Assembly (NCBI RefSeq): GCF_006345805.1
Contig: NC_043005.1
Coordinates: 39,804,001-39,868,000, forward strand
Reading direction: 5' to 3'
DNA length: 64,000 bases
DNA from: Octopus sinensis
Lineage: Eukaryota
Both the position numbers and the translations under genes were made by a program. Shown here piece after piece: positions 23,477-36,123 of this stretch. The notes under the pieces are model-generated. The model was not told where the DNA came from, searched no databases, and was given only the letters and a program-made list of their open reading frames with translations. How positions within the stretch are numbered: the first letter of the stretch is position 1; each line of letters starts with the position of its first letter.

Positions 23477-24556
23477 CTAGGGAACCGCAGTGACTGTGGC
23501 CGCGGCTATTTTTATGTGAGTGGTTATCTTTAAATGTCCGACGAGTCCCCGGGAGATGGGTAAGGGGCAATCCCTGTGCAAACACAATCTGTCTCGCTGG
23601 GAATAGCGGCAGATTTGGGGATTCCTTGTTTGAGATATTGGTGGTTGTGGTGATGTTGTATTATGGTGGTTGCTGTTGTAGTTTGTGGGGATAGAGCGTT
23701 TTGTTCCAGGTAAATGGGTGAATTTGCAGTCTCTATCAGTGCACAGTCTATGGCGAAGAGAATATCGGCAAATGATGGGGTTTCGAGTGGGTGTGTAGGT
23801 GCGTGTGTGTGTGTGAGCTGTGAAAGGTGTAGATGATAGTTTGTTGAAGTTTTGGCGACCTTTGTGACCTGTAGGAGGTAAATTCCTTGAGATAGCATTA
23901 GTAGTAGTAGCTGTAGTAGTAGTAGTAGTAGGTAGAAGAGATGTTGACAGTGGTAATGATTGAGGAGGTCGATTCCAAGACAAAGATGTTTGTCGATATA
24001 TAGTGGGAGTAGTACTAGTAGTAGTAAGCAGAGGAGATGGTGTTGACAATGATGATGATTGAGCTGCTGGGGCAGTGAAAGGAAGGGGTGGTGCTTCCTG
24101 CTGTGTGACCCTGATGACTGGGAGGTCAATCGTTTCATTTAGCAAATCGGCCATTGTAGATGAATCAAGGAGTGGTTCATCCTGTTGTTGTTGTTGAGGT
24201 TGTTGTTGTTGCCTCTGAGGTTGTTGCTGCTGAAGCTGTTGTTGTTGCTGTAGCTGTTGTTGTTGTTGTTGAGGTTGTTGTTGTTGTTGTTGCGCCGGTG
24301 ATGCGTTCGAAGAGAAAACACATCTCAGTTTATCGAAGTGTTTATTTATTAATTTAAAAGCAACTTCGATTTGTTTTAATTTATTTTGTATCTGCTGTTC
24401 AGATCGAGTTTGCAAATGGTGAACTGTTCGTTTAGCAATTTCGTTCAGACACGAAGCACCTATGCTCTCTGTTTCGGTAAGGCCATGCCATGTGTTGATA
24501 AGAACGTCGACTTCATTATCAGACCAGTTTTTGTTGGATTTTTGGTGGCTAGCCAT
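23477..24556 (-). CDS. CR1 ORF1: Myb/SANT-like N-terminus, poly-Q, S/T/P-rich linker, two CCCH zinc fingers (second frameshifted)
   Basis: 359-aa ORF directly upstream of ORF2: WSDNEVDVLINTW...IAKR...RSEQQIQNKLKQI; Q-run; CRYSLRHRLCTDRDCKFTH (C-x8-C-x4-C-x3-H); CRYSQRDRLCLHRDCP, where restoring one base gives FTHLPGTRR. Confidence 0.8.
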   Translation of the reverse strand: MASHQKSNKNWSDNEVDVLINTWHGLTETESIGASCLNEIAKRTVHHLQTRSEQQIQNKLKQIEVAFKLINKHFDKLRCVFSSNASPAQQQQQQPQQQQQQLQQQQQLQQQQPQRQQQQPQQQQQDEPLLDSSTMADLLNETIDLPVIRVTQQEAPPLPFTAPAAQSSSLSTPSPLLTTTSTTPTIYRQTSLSWNRPPQSLPLSTSLLPTTTTTTATTTNAISRNLPPTGHKGRQNFNKLSSTPFTAHTHTRTYTPTRNPIICRYSLRHRLCTDRDCKFTHLPGTKRSIPTNYNSNHHNTTSPQPPISQTRNPQICRYSQRDRLCLHRDCPLPISRGLVGHLKITTHIKIAAATVTAVP

Positions 24557-25608
24557 TCTGGTTGATATGTTTTATTAAATTTTATTTTGTTCGTTCGTTT
24601 TGTTGATTACTTTTAATCATTATTATTATTTTTTTTTTAAGAAGTATGTAGAATTGATTGTACAGAATGTTTGTTGTAATACTGAGAAGTTTGTATTTGA
24701 ATTATGAGCTTGTAGTTATTTATCTTTCTTTTCTTTTCTTTTTTTTTTCCCTCTTTTTCTAATTTTAATGTGTGGGTGATCCTTTAGTTATCAGAAGGTG
24801 TTTGAAAATATTTGGTCGTTTGAAAATTATGAAAATAGTTTGTGGTTAAGGAAAAGTCTACTCACGAGTTGGGAAAAAGCGTGGTTTCAAATATACAGGA
24901 ATATATGTGATGGTCAATTACGACGAATGTAGCTGTGAAGCTTGCTGCTGACCGGCGCAGAGAGGAGTAAAAACACGTCTTATCGTCTCAGCTTACAATG
25001 ACTATATATCCATATACATATATATATATATATATGTATATATATACATATATATATATACATATATATATAAACACACACACACACATATACATACATA
25101 CATACATACATACATACATACATACATACATACATACATACATACATACATACATACATACATACATGCATACATACATACATATAAAAGAGTAGGCAAG
25201 AAAACGAGAGAGAACGTGTGTGTGTGTGTGATAGGAGATGGTGTGGTGGAGAAGCAAAGAAGTCTCGCTGAATCAAAATGAAGTGGACCAATGATGGTTT
25301 CTTAAGACCTCCGTCAAGAAAGTACATCGAGATTTCAGAGATGATAGTTCTTAGAAATTACACCGTCAATTGGCTTAACTGATGGGATTCTTGCCAGAAT
25401 GATACTAAACATTATTCTAGTTTTTACCGATTGCACATCTTCAAGTACTATTTCCAGTGAAAAACAACCATGTTTGCCGCTATCTTACCTCACCACCCCG
25501 ACGCTATTTATATACGTGCTTTTAGGAATTTACTTCTAAATATTGAAAGGTTGCGAGTTCAAAGGATCGACTTTTTTTCTTTACTTTTATTTTTATTTCG
25601 CTTTTGTC

Positions 25609-25646
<38 letters not shown>

Positions 25647-26055
25647 CATTATTATTATTATCATCATCAGCAGCAGCAGCAGCATTATTTGCTGTTTTTT
25701 TCTTATTGTTTTGGCTTTTCTTCCGCAGTATGTGTTTTTTTTTTCTTTTTCTGTTGTATATTTCATTGTTTTTATTTGTTCATTTGTCAGTTTCTTTGTT
25801 CGTCTAGGAATATTCTTTTATTTTTTTCTCAAACACACAGTGTCAGTCAAACTACAATACATTATTAGTAGTCACCGAAGGAGAAACGATTGCTTTATCC
25901 AAATAGCTATTTACATGTATTTGGCGGAGAAATTCTTCCTTTTAGCTTCGAGGTGGAGTACATGGACATCCATATGCGTATGTAAGTAATGTGTGTATAC
26001 ACATTACTTACATAAGTGCATTAATAGACAGACAGATAATAGATAGAGAGTGATG

Positions 26056-26140
<85 letters not shown>

Positions 26141-26479
26141 GGATGTATGGATGGATGGATGGATGGATGGATGGATGGATAGACAATGTGACGGAGAGTG
26201 TCAGTGCATGTATATATACAGATGTGTATGTATATAAAAAAATCTTGAGCTAAATTTGTACATACAGTTACATGTTTGAGTATTTGTATTTATAAATATT
26301 TTAAACAATGAATTAATTTGTCAATATATGTGTGCAGATGTGTGTGTATACACACGAGCACACACACTTATATCTGTATCCGTTTATATATTTATGTAGA
26401 TATGTACAATCGTATTATTCTTACCAAAGTTTATAATTATAAATAACTTGACGCATTCACTAATTACTTACATTACCAG

Positions 26480-26522
<43 letters not shown>

Positions 26523-26561
26523 TGTGTGTGTGTATGTGCGTGCATGTGTGTACGTGCGTGC

Positions 26562-26594
<33 letters not shown>

Positions 26595-26867
26595 CGAGCG
26601 TGCGTGTGTGTACGTGAATGCGTGTGTTTGTGTGCGTGTGTGTGTGGTTTATGGGTGCTTTCTATATTTTTCTTAATGTTCGGTACACAATTGAAGGAGA
26701 CCCTTAAGCTGTACCTATTAAACAAACATCCCGGTCTGTGTGACTGTGTGAAGTGTTCGTCCACCAATCTAAGGAAAATTCTTCCCACGCAAATTTTAAC
26801 ATTGAGAGAAAAGGGTGGAGCAAACAAAACGACATTTTAGTAAGTAAATAAATAAGTTGACATAATA

Positions 26868-27281
26868 GGCGCAGGAGTGGCTGTGTGGTAAGTAGCTTGT
26901 TTACCAGCCACATGGTTCCGGGTTCAGTCCCACTGCGTGGCACCTTGGGCAAGTGTCTTCTACTATAGCCTCGGGCCGACCAAAGCCTTGTGAGTGGATT
27001 TGGTAGACGGAAACTGAAAGAAGCTCGTCGTATATATGTATGTATATATATACATATATATATGTGTGTGTTTGTGTGTCTGTGTTTATCCCCCAAGCAT
27101 TGCTTGACAACCGATGCTGTTGTGTTTACGTCCCCGTCACCTGGCGGTTCGGCAAAAGAGACCGATAGAATAAGCACTGGGCTTACAAAAGAATAAGTGC
27201 CGGGGTCGAGTGGCTCGATTAAAGGCGGTGCTCCAGCATGGCCGCAACCAAATGACTGAAACAAGTAAAAGAATAAAAGAG
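26868..27281 (+). mobile_element. Full-length family-A SINE (CORE-like)
   Basis: ggcgcaggagtggctgtgtggtaag (A box), ggttcagtccc (B box), caccttgggcaagtgtctt core, tail gaaacaagtaaaagaataaaagag. Confidence 0.92.
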
Positions 27282-27349
27282 TATAATACAATGTCTAAAA
27301 GTTGATGAACCATCTATTGATCCCCTCCATTTTCTTATTGCTTTCTCTC

Positions 27350-27588
27350 TATATTCATACATACATACATGCAAACATACATACATACATACATACATAC
27401 ATACATACATTCATACACACATACATACATACATACATACATACATACATACATACATACATACATACATTCATACACACATACATTCATACATACATAC
27501 ATACATACATACATCATACATACATACATACATACATACATACATACATACATACATACATACATACATACATACATACATACATACA

Positions 27589-27618
<30 letters not shown>
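27350..27618. repeat. (TACA)n microsatellite
   Basis: Directly visible. Confidence 0.95.
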
Positions 27619-27619
<1 letters not shown>

Positions 27620-28708
27620 TGGGTCATCCTATAAACTACCTGCATCAACTTCCTATAAAAGCAGGTAGTAATTTTATCTTATCCTTATTCTCGGTGCAAG
27701 TTTTGAAGAGTGCAGTTATTTTTTCAAGACTACAATGGAAGTGACAAAGGAGCATATTCGGCATAATTTGCTTTATAAGTTCAATAAAAGCAACAACGCA
27801 ACGGAAAATGCGAGGAATATTAATGCAGTCTATGGGGCTCGGACAATGAGCGTAAGCCAGTGTCAACGGTGGTTCCAAAAATTCTGAGCCGGAAACTACA
27901 GTCTAGAAGACGAGCCTCGTCCTGGAAGATCTGTAGAGCATGACGAGGACGCCCTGAAAAACCTGGTGGAACAAAAATCCTATCGTAACTGTCGAGGAAC
28001 TAGTAGAGAAGCCTGGATTCAACCATTCATCGGAAAAGTCAGCAAATTGAGTCAATGGGTTCCTCACAAACGTACCGAGTCTAATTGCTCGCAGAGAGCG
28101 AATATGTATTCTTCTTTGCTGTCACATCTCACGAATGAACCTGTTTTGGAGTGAATAGTGACTGGTGAAGAGAAATGGGTTCTCTATAAAAATGTCAAGC
28201 GCCGAAGAGAGTGGATAGCGAAAGGAGAAACACTGGTACCCCAGGCTAAAGAAGGTCTTCACCCATGTGATATGTTGTTATCTGTTTGGTGAGATATGAA
28301 AGGTTTAGTCCACTTTAAACTTTTAAACCCAAACCAAACGATAACAAAGAAGATCTACTGCGAGCAGCTTGAGTGGCTTAAATCAACGCTGGAAGAAAAA
28401 CAACCATCTTTAGTTTCAAGACGAAAAGTGTTTTCCCATCATGATAATGCTCGGCCACATGCAATGAGGATAACATTCCAAAGGCTGGAGCAGTTTGAAT
28501 AGGAAACGATGCCCCACCCAGCATATTCGCCAGACATTTCCCCATCTGATTATCATTTATTCCGCTGTCTTCACAATTATTTGGATGGAAAAAATATAAA
28601 TTCTGTAGACGAGGTGATACAGTACTGGAGGAATACCTTTCTTCACGAAAAAGTAATAGAAAATATAATAGAAGTATAAAAAACCGCATTATTTATAGGA
28701 TGACCCAA
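27619..28708 (+). mobile_element. Mariner element with both TIRs and TA TSD; transposase pseudogene
   Basis: TIRs ttgggtcatcctataaa / tttataggatgacccaa, flanked by TA. MEVTKEHIRH..., WVPH, IVTG.EKW, HDNARPH, PAYSPDISPSDYHLF, with stops and frameshifts. Confidence 0.95.
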
Positions 28709-28731
28709 TATATATACATATATATACACAA

Positions 28732-28862
28732 CGAGCTTCTTTCAGTTTCTGCCTACCAAATCCACTCACAAAATTTTGCTCGACACGAGGCCATAGTTGA
28801 AGACACTTTCCCAAGGTGACACGCAGTGGGACTGAACCTGAAACCATGCGGTTGGGAAGCAA
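28732..28862 (-). mobile_element. Family-A SINE 5' half
   Basis: gcttctttcagtttctgcctaccaaatccactcacaa...cagtgggactgaacc is the reverse complement of the family-A head and core. Confidence 0.8.
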
Positions 28863-29255
28863 TAACGTAACCAAAGATATATTTGGCGAAGAAAGCCCAT
28901 ATACGTAAGTGTATCTTCTCACTATTTGGCTATATATGCATGCACGTGTGTATGTATGTAAGGAAGCCCGTATGTATGTATGTGTATGTATGTATGTATG
29001 CACGTGTGTATGTATGCATGCAAACATGTAGATATGTATGCACGTATATATGTATGCATGCATGCAAGCATGTATTATGTATGTATATATGTATGCACGT
29101 ATGTATGTATGTATGTATGTATGTATTTATGTATGTATGTATGCAAGCATATAGATATGTATGCACGTATATATGCATGAATGCATGCAAGCATGTATGT
29201 ATGCACGTATCTATTTGTATGTATTCATGCAAGCATGTATGTAAGTATGTATGTG

Positions 29256-29287
<32 letters not shown>

Positions 29288-29326
29288 TGTATGTATGTAT
29301 GTATATAAGCATGCAAGAGTTGAAGG

Positions 29327-29580
29327 CGTATGGCCTAGAGGTTAGGGTGTTGCCCTCCCGATCGCGAGACTTGGACCGAGTGGTGCGTTGTCTTCTTAAG
29401 CAAAGCACTTCATCTCAGGTTGTTCTGTGATCATACCGACACCTGATGTGTAGTACACCGTTCACCTGCTCAGACAACATCAATTTGATAGAGGATGTGA
29501 GCTAATGCACAGCACATACATTTGATCACTATAAACAATTCATTCGTGCAGGCTGGTCAACAAGAAACTGCAAAACTGTC
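29327..29580 (+). mobile_element. Diverged tRNA-derived SINE
   Basis: ggcgtatggcctagaggttagggtg head and tgcgttgtcttcttaagcaaagcacttcatc core, similar to the 48883 copy. Confidence 0.6.
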
Positions 29581-30324
29581 TTTCTTGGACTAAAGAGACC
29601 ACTAACCACATGTGCAAGTATGTATACTTATACTTACGTGCCAACCAAGTATCGGGATCAATTTAATAAATATTTTATAGCATATCATTATAAACTGCAT
29701 CAATGCCAGATATCCAGGCATTAGATTATCAATTCCCCTTATGTATATTATTCCTCAGACGTTAGTTTCAATTACAACGTCCAAATAATATATCTGCATT
29801 ACCAACTGATAATGTATGGCATTCGTTATTATAATGCAGGTCCACTTAAATCTATTATGGAATGGCAATCCTTGTGATATTGTGAACGTTTTAACTTTTA
29901 TAAGGCGTTTTTGGTGGTGTTGTTGTTTGCTGTTGTTGTAAGTATTGATTAGTGCTGTTGTAGTTTCCATAATTTGTGTTGGTATTGTTGATGTGTGTGT
30001 GTGAAGATCATTGCGTCCTTACGTTATGTCATGTAAATGAAGCTGACCGAAATTGCGCATGTAGATGTGGTGGGGTGAATTATGTCTAATGAATGGGAGG
30101 TGGGGTTCATAAATGCTTAGCTTTCGGTTCGAGTAACTTGGTCTTCGGGTGAGAGCCCGTGCTCTCTCCTGGAGATCTTGTCAAAGTTGAGCTCGAATCA
30201 AGAAATAATCATTGAGTATATATACAAACATACATACACACACATACATAGATACATACATTCATACATACATGTGTATACATATATATATATATATACA
30301 TATACATACATGTATATATAGATG

Positions 30325-30362
<38 letters not shown>

Positions 30363-30389
30363 AATACATATACATATACATACATATAT

Positions 30390-30448
<59 letters not shown>

Positions 30449-30478
30449 GCGAGAAAGAAGCAACAAGAATGGATAGGT

Positions 30479-30568
30479 TTTTAGTACAATCGTTTCATAC
30501 AAGGACAGGCTTATTAAATGTTGCAAAAATTACAGCATACAAACGCGTCCCGTACTCATCAGCTAAAA
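30479..30568 (-). ncRNA. Mirror copy of the hammerhead in the left inverted terminus
   Basis: Reverse complement of 33766-33856 with one fewer A in the stem II arm. Confidence 0.78.
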
Positions 30569-31891
30569 TACATGTGAGTTCTCTAGACATCCTAGTGGTT
30601 GAGGCTATACTCATGAAGTAATGTAGATAATTAAGTAACATAAACAGATTTCCAAAGTTCATTAAAGTTCTTTAAAGATGATGTACAGTCTTATCACAGA
30701 ATTTTAAAAAAGTTTTAATAGCATCACAGAGAAGGTGACCTAATCCATAGTGCACATATGAATTTCCAGAGATATGAGGAGGGATTACATACTCACAGAC
30801 GACAAATTTATCCATTGTTAATCACAACGAGGTGGGTCTCAATTCCTGCTTATTAGCATTACAGAGAGGGTGAATTAAGATTACATTCGTTGATAAGGAG
30901 AACTCACGTATTCCTAATGAAGAAGTTATCAGTAATCACGTAAGCAGCAATACAGACCAAGCCCGAAATAAAAGTAGAATTAAATTAACGGTAAACGCTA
31001 ATCTAACGTACAGGCCCAACAATTAAATAGAAGCATTGACCAGAACATAGGTAACTCGGATAATATCGAAGTAGATAAACCAAGATGCACACAAATATAA
31101 AAAAAATAATGGTAATAAATACAATAACTCCGGTGAGATGAATAGTAATAATTCTACGAACCCTAAATTAATAAAAAAGATATATTATGGCTGAATATTC
31201 CTTTCAACTGTGCGATACAATCGGATATACAGAACAAATTCAAAGTAATTCTGGAAAAAAATTTCCCTATCTCTCATAGATATCATAGAATTATTTCTAG
31301 GAAAACAGTTAGGATTTCTTATTCAACCCTCCCAAATATGTCCACTTTAATAGCTAAGATTAATAATAACAACATTAAACTAGCCAGGAAAGATAGAAAT
31401 AAAAATAATAATATCAGCATGAATACCAATAGCAATTATAATATACTACCAACAATAAAAACAGCAATAGTAACTATCAAAACATAGGTGAAATTAGTAA
31501 CCACAGAAGGACTAATAACATTAACATTAATAGTAATAATAACAATGCCGATACTAATAGAAGTAATAATGTTAATAATAGAAAATATAGAAATAAGGCT
31601 AATGGAGAAAATAAGGAGAATGAAAATATCAGTGATATCTATAACAACAATATGCAGTCGGATAAAAAGACTAACATAATAGTAACATTACCAATAATAT
31701 AAGAAATCATGGTAGGACTTTAGACCTAAATGATGAAACAGAAGGATCAATAAATAATAGCAATACTTTAGATATCAGCACCAACTATAGAAATATTAAT
31801 AACATAAGGACAATTATACTCATGATAATCAAAATAATAGGAACCTAAGACATCTACCAAGAATAATCCAAAACCTGAAGTTGTTCCTCCT

Positions 31892-32317
31892 GTGTGTAAG
31901 TGTAGAATAAAATCAAAATGCCCGGCACCTGGTCTATGCGGGGAAAATAATGTAATCTATAAATGTACCATATCCACGGAGAATAACAAATATTTTTACA
32001 TTGGATGTACAATTAATTTTCTAGCCAGAGTTAGAAATCACATCTCGTCTTTTAAATTACGTCATAAAGCTGGTACCACCACACTTTCAAACAAAATCTG
32101 GGAACTCAAAAATAATAATAATAATTATAACCTTAATTGGGAATTAGTTAGGAGAGCAATTCCGTATAAAAATAGTAGGGTTGGTTGCCAACTATGCTCC
32201 ATGGAGACGTATGAAATTCTAAAGCATAGAAAACATAGAAACTTATTGAATAACCATATCGAACTAGGTCAAGTTTGTGTCCACGCTAAATTGAAGACTT
32301 TAAAATATTTTAAATGA
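31892..32317 (+). pseudogene. C-terminal GIY-YIG endonuclease of the PLE (CxC-x5-C linker, no CCHH; Hydra-clade-like)
   Basis: CKCRIKSKCP..GLC..NVIYKC...YIGCT..F..R..NH.SSF...TLS.KIWELK...NWE....C.LC..E...LLN...C.H. Confidence 0.85.
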
Positions 32318-33765
32318 TTAGAATATTCGTAACTAGATAGATAGATAGATATAACTTGATTTTTACTAGTATAGCACTGCTTTAAGTAGATAACTAAGAG
32401 TTCTCACACTACAGTTATCTTTTTCCTTATATCTACATCAGTTTTTTGAGAACAGGGAAATGAATAGTACTTATACGCTGCTTAATTGAGGCTTTATTTA
32501 ATCTCAAACTCATAATTTTAAATCTTAATTTTAAATCTTAATTGTAATTTTTAATTTTATTCTTAACTTAATCTAATTTAAGTAACATAACTTAATAAAA
32601 TAAAATGAGTTACTAAAGCCCCATAATTCTATTTCAAAATTAAATAAATAAGGCTACTCCCTCGGTGATAATATGATTATCTTCATTATGATAGACAATT
32701 CCCTAACACCTGTTAATGATCTTCTAAGATTTGACCTGTAGTCCGTCAATGTATGAATAATAACGGCAACTCCTTAAGACAAAAATTGAATAAATAAATA
32801 AATAAATTTGAATGACTTTTTGATAAGATTATACTTAGATTTTCCTAATGTATTTTCTTTTGATTTTAGCCTCTGACTCCTAAACCCCTGACCGTGTTAT
32901 CTCTTTAGATTCTCTTTAAATTCATAGCTGATTTCAACAGCAATAAATTAGCTGTTTTACTGGTCAAAGAGTAATATTCTCCTCTAGTTCCTAGATGCCT
33001 GTAAATTAAAACCAGACTTGCCGTCTACTAATTCTTCTGTATAACTAGAACCCTCTTTTTTTCTTTTTCTTTTTCCCTTCTTTCCCTATTTCTTTCTCTT
33101 TTCTCTCTTTTCTTTTTCTTCTTCTTATCTCTTTTTCCTTTTCTCTCTCTTTTAGTCCCCTTCCCCCCCCTTGCTCCCTCCTCCTTTATTTTCTCTCTTT
33201 TCTTCTCTTCCCTTCCCTTTTCTGTTCATTGCATCTCTAGAAAGCCCTTCAGCCTTAAAAGTTAAATAGCTACAGCCTCTTGTAAATAGCAGTAATGTGA
33301 TTAATGTGGCAAATACCTAATCATATAACAAGAATTGATACCTACCTCATTGTGTTCAACCATTGATAAATTATCGCCTGTGAATATGAAATTCCTCTTC
33401 ATTTCTCTGGAAATTTACATCTACACCATTGGAAATTGTGCATATATACAAAGGATTAATTCACCCTCTCTGTAATGCTAATAAGCAGGAATTGAGACCC
33501 ACCTCGTTGTGATTAACAATGGATAAATTTGTCGTCTGTGAGTATGTAATCCCTCCTCATATCTCTGGAAATTCATATGTGCACTATGGATTAGGTCACC
33601 TTCTCTGTGATGCTATTAAAACTTTTTTAAAATTCTGTGATAAGACTGTACATCATCTTTAAAGAACTTTAATGAACTTTGGAAATCTGTTTATGTTACT
33701 TAATTATCTACATTACTTCATGAGTATAGCCTCAACCACTAGGATGTCTAGAGAACTCACATGTA

Positions 33766-33856
33766 TTTTAGCTGATGAGTACGGGACGCGTTTGTATGCT
33801 GTAATTTTTGCAACATTTAATAAAGCCTGTCCTTGTATGAAACGATTGTACTAAAA
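33766..33856 (+). ncRNA. Type-I hammerhead ribozyme with extended stem II in PLE terminal repeat
   Basis: UUUUAG-CUGAUGA-[60-nt stem II, GUAC...GUAU]-GAAAC-GAUU-GUA-CUAAAA: perfect 6-bp stem I, canonical core, GUA cleavage triplet. Confidence 0.8.
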
Positions 33857-34123
33857 ACCTATCCATTCTTGTTGCTTCTTTCTCGCTTATAATCACCCCA
33901 CATTACTGTATTGTTAAAACAGTATAGTTTTTTTTGGTGCATCTAAGTTAGGTACCATATTCAAGTAAATTCATTTAAATTAACTTGAATCTTTATTGCT
34001 TTTGTATATATATATATATATATAAATACATGTATTTGTGAATGTAGGTATGCATTTGTGTGTACGTATTATCATATTCTGCTTTATGCCAGTTATATAC
34101 ATATATATGTGTGTATATATATA

Positions 34124-34174
<51 letters not shown>

Positions 34175-34180
<6 letters not shown>

Positions 34181-35067
34181 ATCTGAAATGCGAAAAGTTT
34201 GTTTGTCTGGTTTTGGCATTGAGAACGGGTTAAAGGCCACTAGATCACGTCGGATTGACTCCAAAATTTACAGGGACATGTAAAATGAGATGAGGATGTT
34301 AGTGAGCTAGGTTAGAAATCTTAAAAGGTGTCGTTGCTAGGGCCAAAAACTCACTTTGACAAGTCTACTCTCATTCTTTTATGTATCTGTCTTCCTCCGT
34401 CATTCATTCTCTTTCCTCCCTTCCCATCACTTTCTATATATAACGTTGTTTCACGGCGTCTATCTCCCTTACCTTCACTTTCTCTTTATGACGTCGTGTC
34501 ACGGCGTCCTCAATCTCCCCCTCCTTCCCGCCTTCGACAGCGCTTTCACACACTCTCTCTCTCTCTCTACGTCTGTCTGCATTCATAGAGAGAATTGTCA
34601 TCGCCACCACAACCACCACACAATCATGAGAACAAATATTACGAATCAGATATTTATTGGGTTAATTTATATATATGTGTGTGTGTGTTCTATATATAAA
34701 TATGTATATATAATGTATATATACAAAGTGTATATATCTGTATTTATGTATATTAAACTTTTTAATAGTTTTTGATAGTTATATATATTTTTAAAAAATT
34801 ATAAATATAAATCAATAATTTTAATTTTAAACTTAAATAATTTAAATTTTTAAATTTTATATTTTATATATTTTGTACATTATATTTTTATTTTTATGTT
34901 TTGGGTATGTTTTTCACTATTTAATTTGCCTTATCTAATTTATATATATATATATAATATATATATATATATATTATATATATATATTATATATATATTA
35001 TATATTATATATAATTAATAACAAATTATATATATATACAAATTATATATACAAATTATATATATAA

Positions 35068-35108
<41 letters not shown>

Positions 35109-35168
35109 ATTTGTATACATTTGTATATATAATGCGTACACACACACACATATATACATTAATATTAA

Positions 35169-35233
<65 letters not shown>

Positions 35234-36123
35234 ATGTGTGCATTATGTGGTCGGTTGTGCTGAAAATAAGTACAAACTATGTTAAAAGTGCTGGCAAGTT
35301 TGCATGACAACTAATTTTTTCCTCAAATGAAAGGTGTGACCTCTAGGACAAAATTCCTCATCTTATAAAATGTGGCCCGATTAGACCCAAATGAAATCGG
35401 GTTATATTAACCAAAATGTGAAAAGGGGTCTAAATGGGGCTGGAAGGTGATTACAATTTACAGGAGCGGGTGTTTAGGAATTCTCTGTTACATCAAGCTA
35501 AAAAAATTGCGCTAGCCTTTAAATCGTTAATGTGTTATTGTCGATGATGAAGAAGTTTTGAATGCTTGCCATGGTGAGTCTACTGTCGTGAGAAAGAATC
35601 ACTTCAAAACTTGGTGTTTAGGAATTTTCTTTTACAACAAGTTCAAAATTTTACGCCAGCCGTTAAACTGCCACTACGTTGCTGTCCGTTGTTAACAAAT
35701 GCTAGCCATGGTGACTCTACTATCCTCAGATTCTATCCCTTCAAACTTTGGTTTCCAATATTTTTTTTAAATTTTTATTCAGCTCGCAAGTTCGTCTGTC
35801 CCTTTTAAGTGTTAGGGTTTTGTTGTCTGCCTTGAAGCAGACCTTTCCGTTATCACTGCCTGATATTTATGATTGATCTTTCAAAATATTTTACTTTCTC
35901 AACTTACTCAACATCTTTTGTTGTTTATAAATGGGAGAGAGATAGATAGAGAAAGATAGAGAGTAAGAGAAAGCGAGGGAGAGTCCGAGAGAAAGGAAGA
36001 GTAAGAGATTGGGGAAAGTGAGAGAGAAAAGAGAGAGAAACAAAGAGGGAGAATGTGGTGATAAAAAACAGAAAGTAAGAACCACAGTCTTACCCGCGCG
36101 TAGAGCGGGTCACCTTAAGCTAG
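34175..36123 (+). mobile_element. Putative non-autonomous Helitron
   Basis: 3' end has the GC hairpin acccgc-gcgtaga-gcgggt (36092-36110), then 9 nt, then CTAG|T (36120-36124). The 5' end is approximate and hidden in (TA)n before aaatctgaaatg...gtttgtttgtctg. Confidence 0.6.

Larger units (their letters stand above)
20319..24980 (-). mobile_element. Near-full-length CR1-clade LINE
   Basis: Has ORF1 and APE-RT ORF2, a 3' hairpin (ggcca-atac-tggcc) and a tandem 10-mer tail (ttctaagtta)x2 at 20319-20338. The 5' boundary is approximate. Confidence 0.9.
30449..33886 (+). mobile_element. 5'-truncated Penelope-like element with 430-bp inverted termini
   Basis: 30449-30878 is the reverse complement of 33456-33886 (one 1-nt indel seen). 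Interior encodes the PLE thumb/linker (ILWLNIPFN...FPISHRYHRIISRKTVRISYSTLPNM), an Asn-rich linker and a GIY-YIG domain. Confidence 0.9.

Noticed and set aside
32315-32332. UGA at the end of the PLE endonuclease as selenocysteine readthrough
   Set aside because: It falls at the normal C-terminal position, a TAA follows five codons later, and no SECIS was recognised. Selenoprotein PLEs are known from a different, N-terminal-endonuclease clade.
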